NCBI GenBank assembly: GCA_002269645.1
Contig: NIVC01000330.1
Span: forward strand, 310,001-374,000
Direction: 5' to 3'
DNA length: 64,000 nt
Source: Macrostomum lignano
Taxonomy: Eukaryota
The notes below the pieces were generated by a model, which saw nothing but the letters and a program-made list of their open reading frames with translations, searched no databases and was not told where the DNA came from. Both the position numbers and the translations under genes were made by a program. Shown here one piece after another: positions 47,096 through 60,386 of the stretch (position 1 is its first letter; every line of letters begins with the position of its first letter).

Positions 47096-48132
47096 TTTAT
47101 TACTCTTCACTACTTTTTTCATTACGCTAGTAGTTAATAAATCAATACGAGCTACAGGTATCTTAGCTGTGAGTAAAATTAATTGTAACAACATATGAGA
47201 TATATGTAATGTATCTAATCACAGGTGTATGAGTTCGAGTATGATCTTCTTATACTTAAAATTTGGGCCATCGTCTAGTACAAGCTAGCTCTATATATTT
47301 TCCATTAGTCTAATTACCCTCTCTATCAGTCGGACCTTCTAACCACTTCCGAGCGGGCAATTAGTTAGACTCTTGTAAAATATGAATAATTAGCCAAGAT
47401 TTTTATTATCTCAGATCTCTCGTAAAGCTAACAGAGCTCGAGATAGATAAGTAACTAATAAGTTAAATAATATATAACTCACTTAATCGTCGGCAGTGGA
47501 TTGTCATCGGCGTAGATTGAACGATAAATGGACTGACTGGGCTAAATTACTTCTTAATGTTGTAAAATAATTAATACATAGCATTACTATCAATTATCTA
47601 GAGTAACATTCTCTGAGTCCCACTTTTCTCGTAGCGCATTTTGAAAACACAAACTCAGCATGAGTAGCCACAGTTATAGTAGAAACTACCAACTGACAGG
47701 GGCCATAAAGTGTGTTGCATTTATCTCAACGGGTTTGAGGCCTTCTCTCACTGTGTGGTGGGGGGAGGGGGCTGTGAGGGGTGGCTGGCGGCCACGGCGA
47801 ATCAACGCGACTGGAAATGGGGGGGGGGTGGAGGGGGGTGGAGAGGGGGTGCAGTGTGGCGAGAGAGCTTTAATCAGGGTGCAGCTGTTAGTTAAACGCC
47901 GGTGCGAGGCCGTTCTCGCTGCACCTATTATATTTTATTATCAGAACGTGGCTTGCTGATTTTAAGGGTACACACAACAAACAAATTATTCTACAAATCG
48001 GAAAAAATAATATCAATTAAACCCTGTGAGCGCAGGTGAACTTATACAAAAATAATTTTGTTTATCTGTTTATTCAACTGATAACAAACAGCAACACAAT
48101 TGCCACTAAAGTACAACTTGATAAAGAAATCG

Positions 48133-48751
48133 ATTCTAGTCATCAATCAGAGTAATAAATTTATATCTATTACTCGTACAATAGATGCCAAATTCATATC
48201 TATTACTCGTACAATAGATGCCAAATTCATATCTATTACTCGTACAATAGATGCCAAATTCATATCTATTACTCGTACAATAGATGCCAAATTCATATCT
48301 ATTACTCGTACAATAGATGCCAAATTCATATCTATTACTCGTACAATAGATGCCAAATTCATATCTATTACTCGTACAATAGATGCCAAATTCATATCTA
48401 TTACTCGTACAATAGATGCCAAATTCATATCTATTACTCGTACAATAGATGCCAAATTCATATCTATTACTCGTAAAATAGATGCCAAATTCATATCTAT
48501 TACTCGTAAAATAGATGCCAAATTCATATCTATTACTCGTACAATAGATGCCAAATTCATATCTATTACTCGTACAATAGATGCCAAATTCATATCTATT
48601 ACTCGTACAATAGATGCCAAATTCATATCTATTACTCGTACAATAGATGCCAAATTCATATCTATTACTCGTACAATAGATGCCAAATTCATATCTATTA
48701 CTCGTACAATAGATGCCAAATTCATATCTATTACTCGTACAATAGATGCCA
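48133..48751. repeat. 33-bp near-perfect array (ATAGATGCCAAATTCATATCTATTACTCGTACA)
   Basis: About 18-19 copies, with only one base variant seen in two adjacent units. Confidence 0.97.
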
Positions 48752-49080
48752 AAGATTTCTGTAGCTAAATAATTGATGCCAAATGCACATACTACATAGT
48801 AACTTGGGTCTTGACTGCGTTTCTAGTTCTAGGAGGCAGACTAAATGTTAATCTTCAATATTTTTCATAAAAATGGCACAAATCGACTCATTGGTTAATT
48901 GGTTTTATGAATCTTTATAATTTTGTTTTGTTACACAGTCAGCTAAGAATGATAAAATAGATTCATAAAACCAAATAAGTTTTATTAATAGGATTTTTAG
49001 GCACAGTAAAATTAACATAGATCTTATTTTTTAAACGAAAAGCTTTATAAATATAAATAGATAGAAAGGCAAGACATATA

Positions 49081-49478
49081 CTCAGCAACAGCTAACCCCC
49101 CCCCCCCCCCAACTCACGCTGTCACACGGGCACAAAAGTTAAGCAATGTCTTTAATTCTAGTCTCAGTATCGTGTGTAGGAACCACGAGCATGCAAAAGT
49201 GCCGTGACTCGTCGTGGCATCCTGATCACCAGCCGGTTGATGAACTCTTGGGGCAGCTGCTGCCAGGCATTCAGCACCGCCAGTCGCAACTGTTCAGCAT
49301 TCTGTGGGGCATCCTGCTGAACTCTTCGCTTTACAAAGTCCCAGACATGCTCGATGGGGTTCATGTCTGGAGACTTTGACGGCCAGTTCAATGTGCGAAT
49401 GCCGAGTCACCGATGGCATACAAAACTTTTGGGCCGTGTGACAGCGTGAGTTGGGGGGGGGTTTTAGCTGTTGCTGAG
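49081..49478 (-). mobile_element. Miniature Tc1 derivative (TA-flanked, ~60-bp TIRs, transposase C-terminus only)
   Basis: TA|CTCAGCAACAGC...GCTGTTGCTGAG|TA; the 49164-49391 frame gives WPSKSPDMNPIEHVW...GSYTRY*. Confidence 0.88.
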
Positions 49479-49499
49479 TATATAAGGAAGGCGACTCAC

Positions 49500-49677
49500 C
49501 AGAAAATGGTAGAACATCGTAAGAATCAGTGGTCGCATGGACGCCCTCAGTCAGGGTCCGGTTTAGGCCGGCTGCGCCTCTGCCGCCGCCTGTGGGGCTG
49601 AGCTCCGACACGAAGCCGCTCTCTGCGCCCCAACTAGACGATGGCACAGCGACTGAAGCTGCAGCCGCGGCCGCTTC
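49500..49677 (-). CDS. KASH/spectrin-repeat gene, exon d
   Basis: tttcacag|EAAAAAASVAVPSSSW...SYDVLPFS|gtgagt; phase 0/1. Confidence 0.72.
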
Positions 49678-49700
49678 CTGTGAAACACGATAAAATTGAC

Positions 49701-49957
49701 GGGTGGATTTCATAAACGCGAAATTTCACAACCGCTAAATCAACTTCTTACATAAGCGCTAAATTTCATAAACGCAAAACTTCACAACCGCGAAACTTCA
49801 CAACCGCGAAATGTCTTCTATAGATGAATGAACTGCTAAAAAGACTGTCGTATATGAAAGTAAGTGCAAAAATTTTAGCGGTTGTAAAGTTTCGCGGTTA
49901 TGAAAGTGACTGCAATTTTTTAGCGGTTGTGAAATTTCGCGCTTGTGAAAGCAACCC
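49701..49957. mobile_element. Small inverted-repeat MITE-like element
   Basis: CGCGAAATTTCACAACCGCTAAA on the left and its reverse complement on the right, with internal sub-repeats. Confidence 0.6.
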
Positions 49958-50097
49958 AAATTGACTAGATCGATAATACTCAATTATTGTAAAGGTAACA
50001 ATGAAAGCCTAAACCCTACAAGGGAAAAACTGATAAATGATAACTGACAATTTCTTGCTGAAAGCAAAATGATGCTTAAAGTTGATGGCAGGTAATT

Positions 50098-50763
50098 TAC
50101 TGAAATGAACCGAATTGATTGGATTATGGACATTGAAATAAATTGAATTGATTGGATTATGGACATTGAAATGAATTGAATTGATTGGATTATGGACATT
50201 GAAATGAATTGAATTGATTGGATTATGGACATTGAAATGAATTGAATTGATTGGATTATGGACATTGAAATAAATTGAATTGATTGGATTATGGACATTG
50301 AAATGAATTGAATTGATTGGATTATGGAAATTGAAATGAATTGAATTGATTGATTCTGGACATTGGAATGAACCGAATTGATTGGATTCTGGACACTGGA
50401 ATGAACCGAATTTGTTGGATTCCGGACACTGGAATGAACCGAATTTGTTGGATTCCGGACACTGGAATGAACCAAATTGATTGGATTCTGGACACTGGAA
50501 TGAACCGAATTTGTTGGATTCTGGACATTGGAATGAACCGAATTGATTGGATTCTGGACACTGGAATGAACCAAATTGATTGGATTCTGGACACTGGAAT
50601 GAACCAAATTGATTGGATTCTGGACACTGGAATGAACCGAATTTGTTGGATTCTGGACACTGGAATGAACCGAATTTGTTGGATTCTGGACACTGGAATG
50701 AACCGAATTTGTTGGATTCTGGACCCTGGAATGAACCGAATTTGTTGGATTCTGGACACTGGA
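50098..50763. repeat. 33-bp two-subtype array
   Basis: AT-richer units lie 5' and GC-richer units 3'. Confidence 0.92.
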
Positions 50764-51006
50764 ATCAGCTGTTGAACCGGCGGATAATCTGAGAGAATTA
50801 CCCTGCTTAGAATAAGCATTAATTATAGAGATACTCTGCCAATATGCTCGTAATAAAAAGTCCTCCTACTGTTAATCGAAATTACTGCATTAACAATAAG
50901 TCATCAATTTGCATTATTGACAAGCACGACACACATCAATCCATAAGCATATTAAAGGCATATCCAGTATTGCTTCTGGATTGCTTAAAGGATGTAACAC
51001 TACTAT

Positions 51007-51285
51007 TGTAGTAAATCAGCTATGCTGCTTGTTTAAAGTGGTTGAAGACTACGAAAGAGCTATCAAAGCTCTGATGTCTGTATTTATATTGTAAAGCGAT
51101 GCTGCGTGCGCGAGAGTGATGACATAATTTAAGCGTACACAATTTGCCCATAACTCAAATAGCAATAACTCAAACCTAACGTGCCAAGCTTGCATAGATA
51201 ATAATAGAGAAAGAAATAATAGGAAAGTACAAATACAAATCAATACTCGTACTGAGTGCATGCACATACTGGTAGCTACACGACA
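51007..51285 (-). repeat. 3' LTR
   Basis: TG...CA termini, adjacent to the PPT. Confidence 0.95.
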
Positions 51286-51369
51286 CTTCCTCCCCACAGG
51301 GAGTTAAAACTCGAAAAAAAAGCATGGTGATTCAAGATTAGTTTGTGAGTCAAGTCAGTGTCACAAGGT

Positions 51370-54300
51370 TCAATCACTGCCCGCCTGAAACCTGGCAGGC
51401 GCGAGCCGAATGCGTTCTGGATATCGGCGCATTGCTCCGGCCTGCTGTCCGGCGACTTCCGTGATCGGAGCAGGAGCAGGTCCAGCGAGAGCAGCTGTCG
51501 GGGCCGCTGCCGAAGTCTCCGAAGTTGAGCTGTCCGGGCCCACCTCAGACGGCGGTGTCGTTTCGGAGATTGATGGTGGTACTCGGTCGGATGCCGCGAC
51601 AGCCGGTACTGCTGGAGGCTGCTGACGCTGCTCTGGCAGGAGTTGGTCGATGTGGCGCTGGACGATGCCCTCGCCGACCTTGACATCGTAGTTGCGCTTG
51701 CCCGCCGCCATGACGAGGCCAGGCCGCCAGCCGACGAGGTGGCCGAGTGGTTATGGCAATGGATTGCTAATCCATTGGGGTTTCCCCGCGTGGGTTCGTT
51801 CGAAGGACCGGGCTTGGCGGGGCGTCGAGTTGGTGCTCGCACTCTGACGGTGTCGCATCTGTTCAGCCAGGGACGGTCGCAGGAGGTCCAGCCGGGATCG
51901 CAGGCGACGTCCGAATAGCAGTTCGCTTGGTGAGGCACCGGTGCTCGAATGCGGCGTGATCCGGTAGGCAAACAGGAAGCGCTGCATGGCTTCCGCAGAG
52001 TGACCCGACTTCCTGATGTGAGATTTCAGCGTCTGCACGAATCTTTCGGCCTGTCCGTTGGTGGCCGGGTGGTAGGGCGCTGAAGTCACGTGCCGGATCC
52101 CGTTGCTACGCATGAAGTCAGCGAACTCACGAGAGGCGAACTGGGGGCCGTTGTCGGAGACGAGAATCCTTGGCAGGCCCAAGTTGCAGAATACGTCACG
52201 GAGATGCCCGATGGTCCCGCCAGCAGACGTGTCGCTGATGAGGCGAACTTCGGGCCATTTGCTGTAGGCGTCGACAATGACTATGTACATTCGACCGTTG
52301 ACTGGGCCGGCGAAGTCGACATGTAGGCGGCTCCATGGTTCGTTGGGGAACAGCCAGGGATGCACTGGAGCCTTTGCTGGGTCTGCCTGATGAGCTCTGC
52401 AGGTGTCGCACTCTCTCCCGAGCTGCTCTAGTTCCTTGTCTAGCCCAGGCCACCAGACGAAGCTCCGTGCGAGGGCCTTCATTCGGCTCGCACCGGGATG
52501 TGCCAGATGCAGCTCCCGCAGCACCGACTGGCGCAGGGTGTCCGGGATAACGACGCGAGATCCCATCAGCACACAACCGGCTTCGACTGAAAAGCTCTGC
52601 TTGACGATGGGCGAAGTCCGGGAAGTCGTTAGCTGGCAGCTCCTGTCCCGACCGCAGGGCCCACAGCAGCTTTGACAGTGCCGTGTCGGCTTGAGTTGCC
52701 TTGGCAATGGCAGCAGCAGTCACTGCGACGCTCGAATCGTCCTCTAGAGTGAGCGAGTGCACCGCGGCTTCTTCGACGAAGTTGCCCTTGAGCGGCAGGC
52801 GGGAGAGGGAATCGCAGTTTCCGTGCTTCTCGGTCGGCCGGAACTCCATGGAGTACTGGTAGCCCGATAGTCGGATGGCCCACCTCTGCATTCTGGCAGC
52901 AGCACGGGTCGGGATTTCCTTGTCCGGGCCCAGCAGTCCGAGGAGCGGCCGATGATCCGTCACGATGGTGAAGTTGCGACCGTAAAGAAATTGGTGAAAG
53001 CGCTGCACGCCGTAGATGATTGCCAGCGCCTCCTTGTCCAGCTGGGAGTAATTGCGCTGGGCTGAGGTCAGAGACTTGCTGGCGAACGCGATCGCTTGGT
53101 CTTGGCCGTTCACGCGGTGGCTGAGCACGACGCCAATGCCGTATGCTGACGCGTCGCACTCCAGCCGAAGAGGCAAGTCCGGGTTGAAGTGCATCAGGGC
53201 ACCAGAGTCCAGCAACAGCTGCTTTGAAGCACGGAAGGCCTGGTCCTCGGGATCGCCCCACTTCCAAGTTGCGCCCTTGGTAAGCAGGTGGTTGAGAGGT
53301 GCTACAACCGACGCCAAGTTGGGCAGGAACTTTGCATAGTGAGTCAGCATGCCCAGGTAGGAGCGCACCTGACTCACATCGGTCGGCGCCGGCGCACGCT
53401 GCACGGCCTCGATCTTGTCAGCGAGTGGCCGCAAACCGTGACGGTCGATCCGGTGACCCAGGTAGTCGATCGAATCTCTGAAGAAGGCGCACTTGGTCAC
53501 GTTGATGTGCAGACCGGCCACTTGCAGCTTTTGCAGCACTTGCATCAGGTTGGCCTTGTGCGCAGCCAATGTAGAGCCCGTCACCAAGATGTCATCCTGG
53601 TAGACTTGAACACCGTTGAGGTGCCCCACCAGGGTGTCGAGCACGCGCTGGAAGATGGCGCTGGCCGAGCAGATGCCGAAGGGCAAGCGGTTGACTTGAA
53701 ACAGTCCTCGCTGGGTGTTGACGACGAGGAACTGCTTGCTATCCTCGGAGATCGGCAGCTGCATAAACGCCTTGGCCAGGTCGAGCTTGCTCCAGTTGTA
53801 GCCGCCGCCCAGCCGTGCGAACAGGTCCTCGATCCTCGGCAATGGATAGTGCTCCTGCTTGGCCACGCGGTTGAAGGTGCATTTGTAGTCTCCGCATATG
53901 CGCACCGAGCCATCCTTCTTAACGACCGGAACAATCGGCGCCGCCCAGTCGGAGGTGGTGATTGGAGTGATGACGCCCTCTGCCTCCATTCGCTGCAGTT
54001 CCTTGTCTACGCTGTCACGTAGGGCGTAAGGTACTGGCCGGGCCTTGTAGAAACGGGGCGTGGCGCTGTCCTGGACGTGCAACTTCACCTCTCCCAGTCG
54101 GTACTTGCCCAGGTTGTCCGCGAAGACGTCTGGAAACTGCTGAATTATTTCTGCAGCGATGTCGTTGGGGTTCTCCGCTACGGCGTTGACTGGAGCAGTC
54201 AAGCGGGGCCAGTCCAGTCGGATGGCCGTCAGCCAGTTGAGGCCAAGGAGCCGAGCGCCGCCTTCGGACACGATGAGCAGTGGCAGCGCATAGGACTGTC

Positions 54301-55351
54301 CCTCATAGTTGATACTGACAGTCACCTCGCCGAGCGGGCAAAACTCCTGGTCAGTGTAGGTACGCAGTGTGGTCCTCGATGGGCGCAGCGGTAGGTGGCT
54401 GAGATGCTGGTCGTAGAAGGACTTTGGTGCCAAGCTGACAGCTGATCCGGTGTCCAGCTCAAACTGCGTCAGCGTCTTTTCCACCTGCAGAGGCACCATG
54501 ATGGCCGACCGGGAGGCGCTCGATACGTGGAAGATGGGCTCCTCCTCCTGTTCGTCCTCTGTGGCGGAGTCAGACTCGTCTACCATCTTGATGGAAGCAT
54601 TGGATGAACGGCAGACCTTCTTGAGATGACCGAGCCTGCCGCAGCCGTGGCACTTGGCGCTGCGATGCCTGCAGGTCTGTCGCGAATGAGAGCCTCCGCA
54701 GCTGTCGCAACGGTTAGTCTTGGGCGATGCCGCGCCGGCTGATGGTCTCATCGAGTTGGCTTGCCTGCTGCTGGGGCGTGCGGTTGGAGCTGGTTGAGCT
54801 GTGACTCGGTGTGCAGACGACGGTAGCGACATTTCGCTTGAAGATCTCTGCGAAGTCTCCAAGGAAATAGCCAGGGTGGTCAGCGCCTCGTAGGAGTTGT
54901 TCGCACTCTCCAACAACTTGGAGCGCATTGCATCGCTACTCATGCCAAATACCAGCTGATCACGAAGTCGCTCATTCAGTGTTGAGCCGAAATTGCAGTG
55001 CACCGCCGCAGACTTGAGACCTGCCAGGAAGACTGTGAACGATTCGCCTTCTTGCTGCATCCTGCGCTGAAACTTGAATCTGGCAGCAATCTCGGAAGGA
55101 GCAGGTGAGCAGTGGTTCTTAAGGACGTCTCTGAGTTGCTCGAATGTCTTAGTGGTCAGCTTGTCCGGATGGCACAGGTCCCGAAGCAGTTTGTAGTGTT
55201 TCTCTCCAATGGCAGTGAGAAATGTAGCGCGCTTGGCCTCGGTGGACTCGACCTTGTTGCAGATGAAATACTGCTCCATTCTCTCCACGTAAATCTCGAA
55301 GTCGGAGTCTTGTGTGAGCTCCGGAATCCGTCCATTTGAACTCGTCGCCAT
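51370..55351 (-). pseudogene. gag-pol polyprotein, disrupted
   Basis: CCHC knuckles, LDTGS protease, YQDD RT, CDAS RNase H, HHCC plus DDE integrase. There is a +1 frameshift in the A4 run at 52590-52593 and an in-frame TAA at 51751-51753. Confidence 0.93.
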
Positions 55352-55630
55352 TGTGGTAAATCAGCTATGCTGCTTGTTTAAAGTGGTTGAAGACTACGAG
55401 AGAGCTATCAAAGCTCTGATGTCTGTATTTATATTGTAAAGCGATGCTGCGTGCGCGAGAGTGATGACATAATTTAAGCGTACACAATTTGCCCATAACT
55501 CAAATAGCAATAACTCAAACCTAACGTGCCAAGCTTGCGTAGATAATAATAGAGAAAGAAATAATAGGAAAGTACAAATACAAATCAATACTCGTACTGA
55601 GTGCATGCACATACTGGTAGCTACACGAAA
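55352..55630 (-). repeat. 5' LTR
   Basis: Direct repeat of 51007-51285; the outer terminal dinucleotide is mutated. Confidence 0.95.
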
Positions 55631-56425
55631 ACTATAAGTAGCTAATTAAATTTTCAATAAAATCAAACATATACCGTCTGTCCCTTGACAAACCATCAGT
55701 AAACCATGAATAACTGCAAGTAAACAGCATTCGCAGATTTGAGGCTTGACACAACTTAAATAATTCTTCATTATTCGACAAATCTATCTCTTTTTATATA
55801 CAAGAGACACTTCAACAAAACTTCTTGAAAGATTTTTGATAATCTCTAATCTATCATCTTCTTGATTAATAATAAGATCGGCGCAATGGTACAGAGCCGA
55901 GATAAGCACAGTAGGTCCAATTCTCCATAGCTTCATTTATATGTAGCTTCCTCTCTTAGTTGTTCGCGTTAAGTGTCGCCAAAATTCTCATAGACGCTGT
56001 CAGCTGGTCAGGTTCCCCAAATATTCAGTTCGTAGCAACCCCCTCATTCATTGCTTGAGGGCGGACCTAGAAGGCGATCGCTCCCCTTCCGCAAGGATTA
56101 CGCAATCATAAGCGAAGTGAAACGCCTCTTACCTCTGCTTTACTTCTCAATTTTATGAGACAGTGGGGAATGATTTTCGAATCTGTAGAGCTGTGTGCGC
56201 CAGTAATATAGCAACACAAATACTTATCTTGCTCAGTGTGCTCAGGGCACAAACAGCAAACACATCGGTGGCCAGGGGGCGAATATAGCCCCAAGGGGGA
56301 GTGGGCCCGACTGGGCCAAACATTGAATAAGGGTTTGTCACGCACAGGCCAGTGGACAAGGCTATTCTAGGCATTGTTGCAACGTTGGATGTGCATTAGG
56401 GACGATTTTTCGAAAGCTAATAAAG

Positions 56426-56910
56426 GCGATTTTTAGGTCTATGAGCAATTTTTAGGTCTATGGGCGATTTTTAGGTCTATGGGCGATTTTTAGGTCTATG
56501 GGCGATTTCTAGGTCTATGAGCAATTTTTAGGTCTATGGGCGATTTTTAGGTCTATGAGCAATTTTTAGGTCTATGGGCGATTTTTAGGTCTATTGGCGA
56601 TTTTTAGGTCTATGAGCAATTTTTAGGTCTATGGGCGATTTTTAGGTTTATGGGCGATTTTTTGTATATGGACGAATTTTTAGGTCTATGAGCAATTATT
56701 AGGTCTATGGGCGAATTTTTAGGTCTATGGGCGAATTTTTAGGTCTATGGGCATTTTTTAGTCGATAGGCGATTTTCAGGTCTATGGGCGATTTTTAGGT
56801 CCATAAGCAACTTTTAGGTCTATGGGCGATTTTTAGGTCTATGGTAAATTTTAGATCGACGAGCGTATAGGCAATTTTAAAGTATCTAGGCGACTTTTAG
56901 GGCTATAAGC
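56426..56910. repeat. 19-bp minisatellite (TTTTTAGGTCTATGGGCGA)
   Basis: Tandem copies visible. Confidence 0.92.
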
Positions 56911-57126
56911 AATTTTAACAATGATCCAGGGAAGAGTTTTAGACAGGATGCAGGGGAGTTTTAGGTAAGGTCTTATAGGCGATTTTTCGGCGGTGGTCTT
57001 GATGATCATCTGGATTTCTGCTCCTAAATCTGAACACGATATGATTGCTGCTGAGCATCAATTTTTTATAAAAATCGAAAAAACCTAACACCTGTATACA
57101 TACGAAGGAGCAAGTTTATGACTAAC

Positions 57127-57357
57127 CGAAACGCTGCCACGAAGCGATCGGCCGAATTGCTGAAATTCATCGTCTAGCAAGATTTTCGCCTCCATTAGTT
57201 GCAGCAATAGTTCGAAAAACTGCGACCGAAGCAGCTCGGCATCCGACATCAGCTTAGCAACTCGATCGTCGGGCTCGCAATCGTCCGATAGGCGATTCAG
57301 AACCTTCACAACTGCGTCTAAAGCTTTCAAGCGCGACTGGATCTCCTCTTCGCGTGC
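57127..57357 (-). CDS. KASH/spectrin-repeat gene, exon c
   Basis: ttttgacag|AREEEIQSRLKALDAVVKVLNRL...LLLQLMEAKILLDDEF...GSVS|gttagt; continues the spectrin-like helices; phase 0/0. Confidence 0.75.
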
Positions 57358-58104
57358 CTGTCAAAATGTGATGCAAACAAAAACGATTCAAGCTACTGAC
57401 AGTAGGCTGTATAAGAAAATTTAGCTTAATTTTACAAATATTGAACATAATGTAATGACTGATACATTGATATACAAGTCCCGCTTATAGCTTAGGCCAA
57501 ATCTCTGATTAGAATAAGAATAAAAAATACGCGAGTTAGTATTCTCAATGGAAATGCTCTGATAATAAAATAGTCAAAGCTACATACAGGCTACCCAAAA
57601 AAGCACTCCTGACTCATCATGACTTGGCCTGCTGAGCCGGCTCTGGGGAATAGCGTCATGCCTCATCACGTACTAAGCACACTCGTATTAGTAGAGAAAG
57701 AGACGGAAAATCCATATTGGGGGGGGGGCAATTCAGCCCAGCCCAGCAGACCGGGCTGGTGGTTGGTAGGGAGGGCCGATGAACTTTCGCAGACAGAAAC
57801 GGTCCCCGGTCTCGCCATCCTTTTTTGCCTTATCTAAATCCGTATTACTAGGCTTGGCTGGGCCTGAATCCCAGCCAGCCTTACCCCGAATTCGTTCGGG
57901 AGCCAGGACTGAAAGGAGACGCTCTAACGGTGGCGAGCGAGAGCTAAAACACGGAGGGGCAGAAGATGGCGGGGCAGCTGTACACTCTCTAGCACCCGCG
58001 CGTGCCCGCCTGTACAGGCAGTGTAGCGGACAGCAATGAAGGAGAGAGGCTGGCTGGCTGGGTAGGAACAGTTGCCAGCAAATGAACATCAGCAAAATCT
58101 ACCA

Positions 58105-58943
58105 GTAAGTAGTTTCGAAAGCCTTGAATTGAACAGCGCAATCATTCGCTTGCTTAAGCCTCTCCGCTGTCTGCTTTCAGTTTTCACTCACTCTCTGCGT
58201 GCTAACCGTACGCGGAGACTCGTAAAATTCTGAATCAGGGCCGCAAAGTAGTTTAAAACAGTGAGAAAGGCTTGAAAGTTAAAAGGTTGGATACATTTCA
58301 GTGTGTATTGATAATTATTTGTAGTGCGGCTACAGACTCCAGTTCAGAGCCATCAGAAGCCGTTAATTTGCAACGAGAAGTCTGCTAACAAAGGTAAGAT
58401 AATATGAATTTTGATTATAACACCCGAAACAGAGAAGTGAATGGTCGGCTGTTTCTGCATTTTGCTGGGTTAAACTTCGGAACTTAGCTCTGAAAGCTAG
58501 TGGTATTAATTTATAGCAAGTGGTTGAGTATAGATTGGGAGCTATCTAGAAAAAGGAACCGGAGAAAGATAGAAGATAGAGAGGAAATAAAAAAGAGAAC
58601 AGGCCGAATTTAGGCTCGAGGCGGAACTAGGCTGTCTCACAGCTCGTGAACAGGCCGCTGAATATCGATCGATCTCTTTCTAGGGCTGGTGGAAGGAGGT
58701 GGAGAGAAAAAGGAAGAGATGAGGAGGCGAAACTAGGGATTGGAGAAAAAGAGAAGAGAGAAAATAAGATTGAGGAGCAGGCGGGATAGGGTAAATACTC
58801 GTAGTATTGGAGCAAGGGGGAATATCGATGCTGCTGAGCATAGTACAGCCTAGGATTATACTGCACTGGAAATATTTAAACCTCTGAGCTTCGAAACCAC
58901 TAAACCAAAGCCAGAACACTAAAATTGCTTTAAAGCCTTCTAG
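58105..58943 (+). other. Possible 5'UTR intron of KLC (or an SL trans-splice acceptor at 58943)
   Basis: GTAAGT at 58105 and ccttctag| 7 nt before the ATG. Confidence 0.4.
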
Positions 58944-58950
58944 CGCCGAA

Positions 58951-59214
58951 ATGCCGCCCGGCCTGCTGCACGAAGAGATCCTCACCGGGGTGCAGGCGGT
59001 CAAGCAGAGCTTGGCTAGCTTGAAACTAGACCAGCAAGAGAAGCTGCGCCAAGCCGCCGAAGCGGATCATCAGCAGCAGCAGCAACAACAGTCGCCATGT
59101 CTGCGACAGGCGCTAGAGCGAATTGAACAGGGCCTGGATGAGGCCGAGATTCTGGCTGCATTGGCGCAGTACCTGCAGTACAGCGAATCTGAGAAGCAAA
59201 AACTCAAGAGCCAG
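58951..59214 (+). CDS. KLC: Kinesin light chain exon 1 (heptad-repeat region)
   Basis: MPPGLLHEEILTGVQAVKQSLASLK...ESEKQKLKSQ|gtaagc; matches KLC ESEKQKLRAQ. Confidence 0.93.
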
Positions 59215-59474
59215 GTAAGCGGATAACCAGGTAGAGACCTCTCGTATTTGCCAGTTTAAACATGTCTGACTCTCGCGCCAAAAACAATTTGGTTCGTGCA
59301 TGGATATCGGCCGACGAGCTTGCTATGTGATTCATGCCTATGAGGACCGACTAGGTCAGATGACTAGGCCCTCACGATGTGATAATTAGGCCAGATGTCC
59401 AAGTGTGCAGAGCATACGAGGGTTGTGTTATTACCACATTTCTACCACGGCTCAAAACTCAACAAATGAGCTAA

Positions 59475-60269
<795 letters not shown>

Positions 60270-60386
60270 TGAGCAATGCAGTTGCTGTAAATCGAAAAAC
60301 TACTGTCAATTCGCGATTCAAGTACACGTGCACTTTTGGTGATTGAGTTCTCGCTAGTTGCCTGCATTCTTAGTTGGTTTGCCTTC

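Larger units (their letters stand above)
51007..55630 (-). mobile_element. Ty3/gypsy LTR retrotransposon, Mag-like, full length (4624 bp)
   Basis: Two 279-bp LTRs with 4 differences counted by eye, 5-bp TSD ACTAT, PBS TGGCGACGAG, PPT GGGGAGGAAG; domain order gag-PR-RT-RH-IN. Confidence 0.97.

Noticed and set aside
48133-48751. 33-bp near-perfect array resembling CRISPR repeats, with 200+ aa ORFs on both strands
   Set aside because: Units are head-to-tail with no unique spacers, there are no cas genes, and the context is eukaryotic. The ORFs arise because 33 is a multiple of 3.
52629-54394. Overlapping 100-240 aa ORFs in other frames of pol
   Set aside because: Shadow frames of GC-rich retrotransposon coding sequence.
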